Shown: in pieces, positions 36,855 through 46,310 of the stretch
How positions within the stretch are numbered: position 1 is the first letter of the stretch
Layout: every line of letters begins with the position of its first letter
NCBI GenBank assembly: GCA_016789175.1
Contig: JAEURK010000122.1
Location: 718-64,717 of the forward strand
From: Anaerolineales bacterium
GTDB taxonomy: Bacteria; Chloroflexota; Anaerolineae; Anaerolineales; UBA6663
Direction of reading: 5' to 3'
DNA: 64,000 bases
Program-made: the position numbers and the translations under genes
Notes under the pieces: model-generated
What the model was told of the DNA's origin: nothing
The model's input: the letters and a program-made list of their open reading frames with translations, nothing else
The model's database searches: none

Positions 36855-37146
36855 GGGTTCTCCTCTGTCGGGCAATGGGGCCCGGAAGTGTGCGGACACT
36901 CCATTATAATCGCCCCGTTATCGGGGCGGATGGCCAAATGCACCGGGGTGTGCACGGGCGAGTTGTCAGGCTTAGATTCCGGCCGCGGACAACGCGTGCC
37001 TGCCCACTGCGTCGGGTCCACCCCGAACCAGGCCTGACCTCAGCGCGGCCGAGATCGGACCTCCTCGAGCGGTCCTGACCTTTTGTCGCCGTTGGGCGGC
37101 AAAAGTTACGGCGCCGGCCCCAGCCCGGATATTCAGACGGAGACCC

Positions 37147-38322
37147 ATGAAGCTCTTTCTCTTTGACGTCGACGGTGTGCTCGTTCACCATCGGGCATAC
37201 CACCTCGGTTTGCAGCGCGCCGTGGGGCTGCTGGCAACCGGGCTGGGCCTCGACGGACACGCTTTGACCCAGGCCGATGTCGACGAGTTTGAAACCGCCG
37301 CCGTGACCGTGGAGTGGGAGTCGTGTGCGATCGCTGTGGCGCGGCTCCTGGTCGATCGGTTCCGGTTCGCTCCGGTGGCGGGCCCGATCCCCGAAACGTA
37401 TTGGGCGTTGGCCGCCGCGCTGGCCGCTCAACCAGTGACGATGCCGCGGCCCGACTTCGCCGCGGTGGCGCGGGCCAGCGCCATCACCCTGCCCGGCCAA
37501 CGGCCTTCGCTGGCCATGCTCGAGCGTTTTCTCGAGGAAGTCCAGGACGAGCCTTTCGGCCCGAGCCTGACGCCGGTGCTCAAAGAATTGCTCGGCCATT
37601 GTTACGACATCACCAAGGGGCCCGCCATGCAAGTCGTGCAGGCCCTGGCGGTCGGGGCCGATGCCTATCGCAAGAGTTACGGCCTGGAGCCGCACATCGA
37701 AGCCGAGTCCCTGCTCGAGACGGCGGATCGGCCGTTCCTGGCCGAGCGCCAGCGCGAAACGTTGCTTGAGGGTTGGCGGGCGGGGACTCTGGGGATGAGC
37801 CTGTACACGGCCCGGCCGAGCCGGCCGCCCCGCGAAGCGCCGGATCGGCCGCTTGGGTACACGCCGGAGGCCGAGGCGGCCCTGAAGCTCGTCGGTCTCG
37901 AGGACATCCCGGTCATCGCCGTCGGCAAGCTGCAATACGTCGGCGACCAACAGGGACTGCCCCCCGAAGCGCTGGTCAAGCCGGCGCGCGTGCACTCGCT
38001 GGCCGCCATGGCGGCCGCGCGCACCGGGAAGGAATTCGAGTCGATCGAGGCTGCGATCCGCGTGGACGCCGGCGGACCGGTCTCGGAGCCGCTGCTGCGC
38101 GTCGCAGGCGATGACGTGCACGTCTTCGAGGATTCCGCCAGCAGTCTGCGAGCCGTGACCCGCTCGGTCGCTTTGCTCAACGAGCATGGGCTCGGCCTGA
38201 CGTTGACGCGGCATGGCATCGCGCCGACCGGCTCACCCCGGGCCAAGACCCTCGGCGAGATCGCCGATCACGTCTGGCCGGATATCAACGTCGCGTTGGA
38301 TTGGGTCCTGCAAACGAAGTAA
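37147..38322 (+). CDS. HAD-superfamily-like hydrolase, atypically long
   Basis: 391 aa. Motif I MKLFLFDVDGVLV. The rest is not recognised. GGAGA SD upstream. Confidence 0.5.
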   Translation: MKLFLFDVDGVLVHHRAYHLGLQRAVGLLATGLGLDGHALTQADVDEFETAAVTVEWESCAIAVARLLVDRFRFAPVAGPIPETYWALAAALAAQPVTMPRPDFAAVARASAITLPGQRPSLAMLERFLEEVQDEPFGPSLTPVLKELLGHCYDITKGPAMQVVQALAVGADAYRKSYGLEPHIEAESLLETADRPFLAERQRETLLEGWRAGTLGMSLYTARPSRPPREAPDRPLGYTPEAEAALKLVGLEDIPVIAVGKLQYVGDQQGLPPEALVKPARVHSLAAMAAARTGKEFESIEAAIRVDAGGPVSEPLLRVAGDDVHVFEDSASSLRAVTRSVALLNEHGLGLTLTRHGIAPTGSPRAKTLGEIADHVWPDINVALDWVLQTK

Positions 38323-38429
38323 CGGGCCCACCGGGCCGGTGCCGCTGGCCTACGGGGCTGTGGCCGGGCCTCGCCGCGTCCGAACAGGCCCGGGGCGCGT
38401 CGTGGCCGCTCCAGGGTCAGCGTGCATGC

Positions 38430-38792
38430 TCAGCGCTTGAGGCGGACCGCCAGATCGCGCAACTGTGTGAAGCTGATCGGTTTGACCAACACGAGATCGG
38501 CGGTCTCTTCGAGAGTCTCGGCCAGCCGCGCATCGGCGGTCGAGGCGATCACACGCGTGGTCTCGAGGCGCGAATCGGCGCGCACCTGGCGCAGGATCTC
38601 GACGCCTGAGGCCCCGGGCAGATGCATGTCGAGGACGATCACACTCGGCACGATCTCCTTCAGCCGCTGCAACGCATCGGCGCCGTTGCCCAGCGCCTCG
38701 ACCTGGAAACCGCCAAAGCGCAGCGCCTCGCTGAAGATCTCGGCCAGATCGGGGTCGTCTTCGACAATCAGAGCCAGGCTGGAATCGGTCAT
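38430..38792 (-). CDS. stand-alone response regulator receiver protein
   Basis: 120 aa. ALIVEDDPDLAEIF, VIVLDMHLPGASG, LVKPI. Confidence 0.85.
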   Translation of the reverse strand: MTDSSLALIVEDDPDLAEIFSEALRFGGFQVEALGNGADALQRLKEIVPSVIVLDMHLPGASGVEILRQVRADSRLETTRVIASTADARLAETLEETADLVLVKPISFTQLRDLAVRLKR

Positions 38793-38849
38793 GGCAACAT
38801 CCCGCTTAGCGAATACGGCGCGCCGGGCCGCCGTGAAGGGTCCCGTCTC

Positions 38850-39293
38850 TTACCGAACGGTGTACGTCTTCTCGAGGCCGCGTTTCTCACGCAGGGCCGC
38901 ATAGGCGCCGATCCAGGGCTCACCCAGGGTATTGCGCTTCGGCAACACGACTTTGTCGAGCCGGGTAGACAGCTCGGCCATCAAACCGGGCAGTTCCTGC
39001 CAGCGGTCGCCGAGCACGACGGCCTCGAACTTGCCGGCCGCCGGGAGGGCCCACATCCAATCCCGACGGAACTGATCGGCCTTCAACCAGTAGTCGCGCT
39101 TCTCCCAGGCCGCGCAGGTGACGTCGATCGTCTCGTTGATCTCGATCAACGCCAACGCCAGGAAGGCGGCCATATCACGCGCCGTCTCGTCGAGGCTGGC
39201 GCGGGTGGCCAGGCCCCGCAAGGTCAGGGTCATCGCCTTCATCAGGCGCTCACGGGTCTTGCCGACGTTATCGGGCTTCACCAGACGTCCCAA
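38850..39293 (-). CDS. hypothetical protein
   Basis: Only sizeable ORF here. TTG track start, with alternative ATGs at 39242 and 39233. No recognisable motif. Confidence 0.4.
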   Translation of the reverse strand: MGRLVKPDNVGKTRERLMKAMTLTLRGLATRASLDETARDMAAFLALALIEINETIDVTCAAWEKRDYWLKADQFRRDWMWALPAAGKFEAVVLGDRWQELPGLMAELSTRLDKVVLPKRNTLGEPWIGAYAALREKRGLEKTYTVR

Positions 39294-39321
39294 CGCTCAC
39301 CTCACTGCCAGGAAAAGATTG

Positions 39322-39394
39322 CAGACGGAGGTTCGGCGTGTGTGGCCTGCCTCCGTCTGTAGAGATGATTTTAGCAGAAACCCGGTGCTATACT
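39322..39394 (+). promoter_or_regulatory. hairpin plus extended -10 element immediately upstream of the M32 carboxypeptidase start
   Basis: CAGACGGAGG (39322-39331) pairs with CCTCCGTCTG (39350-39359). TGcTATACT at 39386-39394 lies only 6 nt before the ATG at 39401, with no SD (leaderless candidate). Confidence 0.4.
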
Positions 39395-39400
39395 GAACGG

Positions 39401-40918
39401 ATGAGCGACTTACCCGCACCTTACACGCAACTGCGCGAGCGTCTCAGCGAAATCCACGACCTGAACAAGATCGGCTGGGTGCTCAACTGGGATCAGCGCA
39501 CGATGATGGCCCCCGGCGGCGCCGCCGTCCGGGCCGAGCAGATCGCCACAGTCAACCGGATCGCCCACGACAAGTTCACGGCGGACGAGATCGGCGCCCT
39601 GCTCGAGTCGTTGCGCGATTTTGAAGCCAACCAGCCGGTCGAGAGCGATGCCGCCGCCTTGATCCGACGCACGCGCTACGACTACCAGCGCGAACGCCGC
39701 GTCCCCGGCGATTTGCGCGTCGCGATGGCGCGCGCGGCGGCCCTGTCCAACGGCGCGTGGGTCCAGGCCCGGCGCACCAACGATTACGCGGCCTTCAAGC
39801 CGAGCCTGGCCGAGACCCTCGATCTCAAGCGCGCCTACGCCGACGCCGTGCGTGATCCCGGTCAGAGCCGCTATGACGCCCTGCTCGACGACTACGAGCA
39901 CGGCATCACCACGACCGAGGTGGCCGAGATCTTCTCGTCGGTCCGTGACGGGCTGGCCGATTTGATCACGCTGGTACATGAGCACGCCGACCGCGTCGAC
40001 GACGGCGCCCTGAAGGGCGACTTCCCGGCCGACCAACAGGCCACGTTGTGTCGCTCGGTGCTGGAGCCGCTCGGTTTCAATGCCCGTGCCTGGCGGCTGG
40101 ACCCAACGGTGCATCCGTTCGCCAGCAACGCGTCCACTCAGGACATCCGCATCACCACCCGGTACGAGCCGCACACGCTCGGGCCGGCGTTCTTCGGTAG
40201 CCTGCACGAGTTCGGACACGGCCTGTACGAGCACCAGGTCGACCCGGCCCTCGAGCGCACGCCGCTCTGTCGCGGCACGTCGCTGGGCTGGCACGAGTCG
40301 CAGAGCCGCATGTGGGAGAACCTGGTCGGGCGCAGCCGGGGCTTCATTCATTGGATCCACCCGCGACTCAAGCGCGTCTTCCGCAAGCACTTCACGCGCT
40401 ACGACGCCGAGGCCCTGTACCGGGCCGCCAATCGCGTGCAGCCGTCGCTCATCCGCATCGAGGCCGACGAGGTGACGTACACGCTGCACATCGTCATCCG
40501 CTTCGAGCTCGAGCAGGAGCTGGTGGCCGGCACGCTCAGCCTCGACGATCTGCCCGCGGCCTGGAACGATCGCATGCGCCGTTACCTCGGCGTCGACGTG
40601 CCGAGCGATTCACAGGGCGTGTTGCAGGACGTGCACTGGTCGTCCGGTTACTTCGGCTACTTCCCGACCTACAGCCTGGGCAGCATCCTGGCCAGCCAGC
40701 TGTGGGTCGCGATCCAGCGCGATGTCCCCGACGTCGAACAACGCATCGGCCGTGGCGACTTCGCGCCGCTCCGCGCCTGGTTGGGCGAGCACATCCACAA
40801 GCATGGGCGCAAGTTCACGCCGCGCGAGCTGCTGCAGTTGACGCTCGGCGTCGATCGCATCGATGTGGCGCCGTACCTGAGCTACCTGCACACCAAGTTC
40901 GGCGAGTTGTACGCCTGA
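39401..40918 (+). CDS. carboxypeptidase Taq-type metallopeptidase (M32)
   Basis: 505 aa. HEFGHGLYE zinc motif, GWHESQSRMWEN, DVHWSSGYFGYFPTY. Confidence 0.9.
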   Translation: MSDLPAPYTQLRERLSEIHDLNKIGWVLNWDQRTMMAPGGAAVRAEQIATVNRIAHDKFTADEIGALLESLRDFEANQPVESDAAALIRRTRYDYQRERRVPGDLRVAMARAAALSNGAWVQARRTNDYAAFKPSLAETLDLKRAYADAVRDPGQSRYDALLDDYEHGITTTEVAEIFSSVRDGLADLITLVHEHADRVDDGALKGDFPADQQATLCRSVLEPLGFNARAWRLDPTVHPFASNASTQDIRITTRYEPHTLGPAFFGSLHEFGHGLYEHQVDPALERTPLCRGTSLGWHESQSRMWENLVGRSRGFIHWIHPRLKRVFRKHFTRYDAEALYRAANRVQPSLIRIEADEVTYTLHIVIRFELEQELVAGTLSLDDLPAAWNDRMRRYLGVDVPSDSQGVLQDVHWSSGYFGYFPTYSLGSILASQLWVAIQRDVPDVEQRIGRGDFAPLRAWLGEHIHKHGRKFTPRELLQLTLGVDRIDVAPYLSYLHTKFGELYA

Positions 40919-40993
40919 ACAGACGACCAGGAAAGACATCGGGCGTGTCGCGGAAAATGTCCGACACGCCCGATGTCTTTAGTTGAGCCCACC

Positions 40994-41554
40994 ATGGCCA
41001 AAACTCATCCCCACATCACCGACGCGATCCGCGCCTTCATCGAGCGCCAGCACCTCTTTTTCGTCGCCAGCGCGCCGTTGAGCGCCGCCGGCCACGTCAA
41101 TCTGTCGCCCAAGGGGCTGGACTGCTTTCGCGTGCTCGGGCCCGATCGGGTGGCCTATCTGGACGTGATCGGCAGCGGCAACGAGACCTCGGCCCACCTG
41201 CTCGAGAACGGCCGGATCACGTTCATGTTCTGCGCCTTCGATGGGCCGCCCAACATCGTGCGCCTGTATGGGCGCGGCCGCGTGGTGTTGCCAGGCGCTG
41301 CGGGCTGGGACGAACTCGCTACGCGGGTCGCCCTGCCGCCGGCGGCGCGCCAATTCATCGTCGCCGACATCACGCGCGTGCAGACCTCGTGCGGGTTTGG
41401 CGTGCCGCTCTTCGAATTGGCGGGGCACCGTGAGCACATGGCCGAGTGGGCGGAGAAGAAGGGACCGGACGGCCTGGCCGCCTACACGATCGAGCACAAC
41501 TGCGCCAGCCTCGACGGCCTGCCGACTCACGTGAGCGCGGCGTTGAAAGGCTGA
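40994..41554 (+). CDS. pyridoxamine 5'-phosphate oxidase-family (FMN-binding split barrel) protein
   Basis: About 186 aa. FIERQHLFFVASAP...VNLSPKG...GSGNETSAHL...RITFMFC. Confidence 0.7.
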   Translation: MAKTHPHITDAIRAFIERQHLFFVASAPLSAAGHVNLSPKGLDCFRVLGPDRVAYLDVIGSGNETSAHLLENGRITFMFCAFDGPPNIVRLYGRGRVVLPGAAGWDELATRVALPPAARQFIVADITRVQTSCGFGVPLFELAGHREHMAEWAEKKGPDGLAAYTIEHNCASLDGLPTHVSAALKG

Positions 41555-41644
41555 TCCCGACGGCGGGCCGGGCGGTGCACAAACGGCGACGGCGCTTACA
41601 ACGCAAGCGTTTGAGCCGCCAGGGCAGCAGCCCGCGCGCGCTGC

Positions 41645-42880
41645 CTACATCTGGTCGACAGCCAACGGAAGTTCGAACCAAAACGTGGCGCCCTCACCCG
41701 GAGTGCTCTCGACCGAGATGCCGACGTGGTGCGCGTCGAGCACGCGTCGCACCAGGGCCAGACCCAGGCCCATGCCGCCCACGGCCCGGGTCTCCGAGCC
41801 GTCGATTTGATAGAAGGGTTCGAAGATCCGAACCTGTTCGTCCGGCGGGATGCCTGGCCCACGGTCGCGGACGGAGAAGCGGACACCGCCCAACGTGCGC
41901 GTCGCGGCCAGCCAGACCGTAACCTTGGGCGGCCCGAACTTGAGCGCGTTGTCGAGCAGGTGCCGGAGCGCGCGCACGATCGCGTCCTCGTCAGCCCACA
42001 CCTCGGGCAGGCCGGGATCGATTTGAAGGTCGATCGTTGAGCCACGGCGTTCGGCAGCCGAGCCGGCCGCGCGAGCGGCGGCGCCACACAGCCGGTTGAC
42101 GGCGAGCGCCTGTGGCCTGACCGTGTCGGCGTGCGTGTCTCCGAAGTCGACGATGTCGGCCACCAGGCGCTCGAGTTGATCGACGGCGTCGCCGGCGACG
42201 GCCAGCCCGCGGGTCTGTTCGCCTGTGAGTGCGCCCAGCGCGCCGTCGCGCAGGAGGGTCACGGTGCCCTTGACGTGCAACAACGGCGTGCGCAACTCGT
42301 GCGATACGTTGGCGATAAATTCCGACTTGAGGCGATCGCCGGCCTGCAACTCGCGGATCGCGGCGCTGAGCTCGGCCGTGCGCGCGACGACGCGTTCCTC
42401 GAGATCCTGATTGTGCGCGCGCAGCTCGTCGTACAGGCGCTTGGTGCGCGCCAGCGCGCGGACGCGGGCCATCAGCTCGACAGCCTCGAACGGCTTCGAG
42501 ATGAATTCGTCGGCGCCGGCTTCGAGACCGCGCAGACGATCCTTGCTGCTGCGCAGGCCGGTGATCAGAACGATAGGAACGTAGCCCAGTTGTGCGTCGG
42601 CCTTGATCTGCCGGCATAACGCCAGGCCGTCCAAACCAGGCATGACCACATCCAGCAGGATGACATGCGGCTGATGATCGTGGGCCAGGCCCAGGGCGAC
42701 TTCACTGTCGTCGCTGACACGCAAATCGAACTCCGGCGCGGTCAGCGCCAGCTGCAGCACTTCTAGATTGCGGATCTCGTCATCGACCGCCAGGACGCGG
42801 ATCGGCTCGCGCGCCAGCCCTGGCGGGGGATCGCCAGGCGCTGTCGCCGCCGGCGGCGACTGGGATTCGGCAGTGGACAT
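41645..42880 (-). CDS. hybrid response regulator / histidine kinase (N-terminal REC, HisKA, HATPase_c)
   Basis: 411 aa. VLAVDDEIRNLE, VILLDVVMPGLDG, H-box ANVSHELRTPL, DRGPGI, GGMGLGLALV. Confidence 0.85.
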   Translation of the reverse strand: MSTAESQSPPAATAPGDPPPGLAREPIRVLAVDDEIRNLEVLQLALTAPEFDLRVSDDSEVALGLAHDHQPHVILLDVVMPGLDGLALCRQIKADAQLGYVPIVLITGLRSSKDRLRGLEAGADEFISKPFEAVELMARVRALARTKRLYDELRAHNQDLEERVVARTAELSAAIRELQAGDRLKSEFIANVSHELRTPLLHVKGTVTLLRDGALGALTGEQTRGLAVAGDAVDQLERLVADIVDFGDTHADTVRPQALAVNRLCGAAARAAGSAAERRGSTIDLQIDPGLPEVWADEDAIVRALRHLLDNALKFGPPKVTVWLAATRTLGGVRFSVRDRGPGIPPDEQVRIFEPFYQIDGSETRAVGGMGLGLALVRRVLDAHHVGISVESTPGEGATFWFELPLAVDQM

Positions 42881-42958
42881 GGGCCAATCTTAGCGCATGG
42901 GCGCAGCGACGAGCAACGCAATTTCGGTCAGGAGGAGCATCGACAGACAGACCAAATG

Positions 42959-43027
42959 GGCGAAAAACAGATTGCAGCACAGGTTCCCGGCAGAGCCGGG
43001 AACCTGTGCTGCAATCTGTTTTTCGCC
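42959..43027. repeat. perfect 33-bp-arm palindrome (69 nt) between the divergent REC-HK gene and tRNA-Leu
   Basis: GGCGAAAAACAGATTGCAGCACAGGTTCCCGGC (42959-42991), AGA loop, exact reverse complement (42995-43027). Seen once in the window. Confidence 0.9.
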
Positions 43028-43063
43028 ATTCTTTGCCTTAAGTTATAATCGTCTGCTGCCACT

Positions 43064-43145
43064 GGGGAAGTGCTGGAATTGGCAGACAGAACGGACTTAG
43101 GATCCGTCGGGGCAACCCGTGAGGGTTCAACTCCCTCCTTCCCCA
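43064..43145 (+). tRNA. tRNA-Leu (anticodon UAG), class II with long variable arm; CCA not encoded
   Basis: Acceptor GGGGAAG/CTTCCCC, D-arm CTG-GAATTGGCAGA-CAG, anticodon arm ACGGA-CTTAGGA-TCCGT, variable arm CGGGGCAACCCGT, T-arm GAGGG-TTCAACT-CCCTC, discriminator A. TATAAT at 43044-43049. Confidence 0.85.
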
Positions 43146-43260
43146 CAGGATCTGTTGGTTGCGACTGCCGGAACGGGCAGGCCCAACCGGATGGCATCTT
43201 ATACTCCGCCAATCTTGGCGATGCTACACTCGGCCCAGGTTTGGGCGACGGAAGGATACA

Positions 43261-44628
43261 GTGCTAAAGGTCGACTCCCAACCCAATGAAGACCGGACCC
43301 TCACGCTCAAGGTGGAGGTCTCGGAAGAACGCGTCAAGCCGGCGCTGGAAAGCGCCGCGCGGCAACTGAGCAAGCGCTACCCGCTGCCCGGCTTCCGCCC
43401 CGGCAAGGCGCCCCTGGCCGCTGTGCGGCGCCAGTTCGGCGAGCAGGCGCTCTACGAGATCGCGCTCGACGAGCTCGGCCCCAAGATCTACGAGGAAGCG
43501 CTCGATCAAGAGAAGATCGAGGCCTACGCGCCGGGTGCGTTGACCAACCTGCAGCTCAGCCCGATGGAGCTGACCTTTACCGTGCCGCTCAAGCCCGAGG
43601 TCGAGCTGGGCGATTACCGCGCGGTGCGGGTCGACTTCACGGCCCCGGCCGTGTCGGATGAGGAGCAGGGCCGCGTCCTCGATAGCCTGCGCGAGCGCCA
43701 GGCCGTGCTCGAGCCCGTCGACCGTGCCGCCCAGATGGGCGATCAGGTCTCGCTCGACATCAACGGCTTCCTGAACGAGGGCCTCAACCCTTCGGACTTC
43801 CTGCTGGCCGACAAGGACGTCAGCACGCAACTCGACGTCACAGTCGAATGGCCGATGAAGGGCTTCGCGGATCAGGTCGTCGGTCTGAAGACCGGCGAGA
43901 CCAAGAAGTTCGACCTGGCCTTCCCCGAAGATTACGCCAATGAGGCGCTGCGCGGTCAGCCCGCGCACTGGGAAGTGACTGTCAAGGAAGTCAAGAGCAA
44001 GACGCTGCCGGAATGGAACGATGATCTGGCCAAGTCGCTGGGCGAGTACGAGTCGCTCGACGACCTGCGCACCAAGGTGCGCCAGGATCTCGAGAACCAG
44101 GCCAAGCGCACGTCGGACCGCGAGTACGGCGACAAGGTACTGAACGAGGTCGTGACCGCGGCCAGCGTGAAGTATCCGCCGGTGCTGCTCGAGCAGGAGA
44201 TGGACGACATCCTGCACAACCTCGACCATCGCCTGCGCGATCAGGGTCTGACGCTTGAGGATTACCTCAAGATCGAGAAGAAGACCCGCGAGGCGTTCCG
44301 CGAGGAGCAAAAGCCGAACGCCGAGGAGCGCCTCAAGCGCGCACTGGTGCTCGGCAAGCTGGTCGAGCTCGAGGGCATCGATCTTGAGCCGCAGGATGTG
44401 CTCGGCCGCATCGAGCAGCTCAGCGCGATGTGGGGCGAGCGCGCCGACGAGATGCGCAAGGCGCTCAACGTCGACGCCACCCGTCGCTCGCTGACCGTCG
44501 ACATGCTGACCGAGCGCGCGATGCAGCGCCTGATGGCGATCGCGCGCGGCGAGACCGTTCCGGATCCCGCGCCGGCTGCACCGCCGGCCGAGAGCCCGGC
44601 GGCCGAACAATCGAGCGAAAACGCGTAA
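43261..44628 (+). CDS. tig: trigger factor
   Basis: 455 aa from GTG 43261 (GGAAGGA upstream). GFRPGKAP ribosome-binding signature, central PPIase-like region, acidic C-terminal domain. Confidence 0.9.
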   Translation: MLKVDSQPNEDRTLTLKVEVSEERVKPALESAARQLSKRYPLPGFRPGKAPLAAVRRQFGEQALYEIALDELGPKIYEEALDQEKIEAYAPGALTNLQLSPMELTFTVPLKPEVELGDYRAVRVDFTAPAVSDEEQGRVLDSLRERQAVLEPVDRAAQMGDQVSLDINGFLNEGLNPSDFLLADKDVSTQLDVTVEWPMKGFADQVVGLKTGETKKFDLAFPEDYANEALRGQPAHWEVTVKEVKSKTLPEWNDDLAKSLGEYESLDDLRTKVRQDLENQAKRTSDREYGDKVLNEVVTAASVKYPPVLLEQEMDDILHNLDHRLRDQGLTLEDYLKIEKKTREAFREEQKPNAEERLKRALVLGKLVELEGIDLEPQDVLGRIEQLSAMWGERADEMRKALNVDATRRSLTVDMLTERAMQRLMAIARGETVPDPAPAAPPAESPAAEQSSENA

Positions 44629-44652
44629 CACCGACCGAAGACGGCGCAGTGG

Positions 44653-44689
44653 TGACAGACCGGCGCAGAACACCGTCATCGGTCTGTCA
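44653..44689 (+). terminator. hairpin between tig and clpP (terminator/attenuator candidate)
   Basis: TGACAGACCG (44653-44662) pairs with CGGTCTGTCA (44680-44689). 17-nt loop. No strong U-tract. Confidence 0.4.
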
Positions 44690-44710
44690 TTAGAAAAGGG
44701 AACGCAGAAC

Positions 44711-45334
44711 ATGATCAACCCAACTGCTTTGGTCCCGATGGTGATCGATAGCTCGGGCCGCGGCGAGCGCGCCTACGATATCTTCTCGCTGCTGCTCAAG
44801 GAGCGCATCGTCATCCTCGGTACGCCGATCAACGACCAGGTCGCCAACCTGATCGTGGCCCAGCTGCTGTGGCTGAACCACGAGGATCCCAAGCGCGAGA
44901 TCCAGATGTTCATCAACTCGCCCGGCGGCGTGATCAACTCGGGCTACGCGATCTACGACACCATGCACCTGATCGAGGCGCCGGTGAGCACGATCGCGGT
45001 CGGCATGACGGCCAGCATGGGCACCATCCTGCTGACGGGCGCGACCGGCCGGCGCTACGCGCTCCCGAATGCCACGATCCACATGCACCAGCCGCTCGGC
45101 GGCGCGGAGGGCCAGGCCTCGGACATCGAGATCGCGGCCAAGGAAATCCTGCGCCAGCGCGATCGCATCAACCAGTTGCTCGTCCGCCACACCAAGATGG
45201 ATGTGGAGTCGATCCGGCGCTATACCGATCGCGACTACTACATGACGCCCGACGAGGCGGTCGGGCTGGGCGTGATCGACGAGGTCATGCAGCCGCTCGA
45301 GGCCGGGTCCCGGCTCAACGGCTCGAAGAAGTAA
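44711..45334 (+). CDS. clpP: ATP-dependent Clp protease proteolytic subunit
   Basis: 207 aa. INSPGGVI, GMTASMG (catalytic Ser), IHMHQPLGG (His), DRDYYMTPDEA. Confidence 0.95.
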   Translation: MINPTALVPMVIDSSGRGERAYDIFSLLLKERIVILGTPINDQVANLIVAQLLWLNHEDPKREIQMFINSPGGVINSGYAIYDTMHLIEAPVSTIAVGMTASMGTILLTGATGRRYALPNATIHMHQPLGGAEGQASDIEIAAKEILRQRDRINQLLVRHTKMDVESIRRYTDRDYYMTPDEAVGLGVIDEVMQPLEAGSRLNGSKK

Positions 45335-45359
45335 GGGCCCGCCGAAGGAAGACACCCGT

Positions 45360-45389
45360 GAGCCGCAGGGACGATCGTCTCTGCGGCTC
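45360..45389 (+). terminator. hairpin downstream of clpP
   Basis: GAGCCGCAG (45360-45368) pairs with CTGCGGCTC (45381-45389), followed by TCTTCTTGT. Confidence 0.5.
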
Positions 45390-45424
45390 TCTTCTTGTCC
45401 GGGTGCTGCCGATCCAGGAGAACC

Positions 45425-46225
45425 ATGCTCGCTTCCGCTGATGTCCAGGCCTTGATCGTCGACATGGATGGTGTGCTCTGGGAAGGCAATCGCGCCCTGC
45501 CCGGCCTGGTTCCGTTCTTCGAGTCCATCCGGCGTCGTGGGCTGAAGGTGGTGCTCGCCACCAACAACGCCAGCCAGACCCCAGCCCAGTACGTGGCCAA
45601 GCTGGCCGGGTTCGGCGTCGACGTCGCCGAGGCCGAAGTCATGACCTCAGCCGTGGCCACGGCCGAGGTGCTGTCGGCCCGACCCTGGCCCAGCCGCAAG
45701 GCCTTCGTCCTCGGCGGCGATGGAATCCGACGGGCTATGGAAAACGCCGGTTTCGAGCTGCTGGGCCTGTATGAGACCGGCGCCGCGGTGGTGGTGGTCG
45801 GCATGGATCGCGGGCTATCTTGGGACAAACTCGCGACGGCCACCCTCAACCTGCGCGCCGGCGCGACCTTTGTCGGCACCAATCCGGATCTGACCGTCCC
45901 CTCCGAGCATGGCACCACCCACGGCAACGGAGCCATCCTGGCGGCGCTGACCGCCGCGACCGGGTTGACGCCCGAGATCATCGGCAAGCCCGAGCCCACC
46001 ATGTATCAGCTAACACTCGCGCACCTGGGGATTACGCCGGCGACAGCCCTGGCCGTCGGCGATCGGCTCGACACCGATATCCTGGGCGCCGTCCGGGCCG
46101 GCATGGCCAGCGTCCTGGTGCTCTCCGGCGTTTCGACCCGGGCAGACCTGGCGACCGGCCCGGCCCAGCCGAGCCTGGTGATGACCGATATCCGCGAATT
46201 GACCGATTGGTTGAACGCCGGCTGA
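45425..46225 (+). CDS. HAD-IIA family hydrolase (NagD-like sugar phosphatase)
   Basis: About 266 aa. LIVDMDGVLWEG, VLATNNAS, GKP...VGDRLDTDI. AGGAG SD before the ATG at 45425. Confidence 0.8.
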   Translation: MLASADVQALIVDMDGVLWEGNRALPGLVPFFESIRRRGLKVVLATNNASQTPAQYVAKLAGFGVDVAEAEVMTSAVATAEVLSARPWPSRKAFVLGGDGIRRAMENAGFELLGLYETGAAVVVVGMDRGLSWDKLATATLNLRAGATFVGTNPDLTVPSEHGTTHGNGAILAALTAATGLTPEIIGKPEPTMYQLTLAHLGITPATALAVGDRLDTDILGAVRAGMASVLVLSGVSTRADLATGPAQPSLVMTDIRELTDWLNAG

Positions 46226-46310
46226 TCCGGCTGCGAGGGCGCGTTCTCGCCCACAATCGCCAACCCGTCCGCGCTCGCAGCGCTGGTCGAACCTGCCTTA
46301 CAATAACGCC

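Noticed and set aside
42956-43048. 30-codon ORF (MGEKQIAAQVPGRAGNLCCNLFFAILCLKL) running through the 69-nt palindrome.
   Set aside because: The AGGAGGAG upstream is about 19 nt from the ATG, which is too far. Any palindrome this long yields mirrored pseudo-ORFs on both strands, as in the track ORFs 42897-43100 and 42928-43212. There is no evidence of coding.
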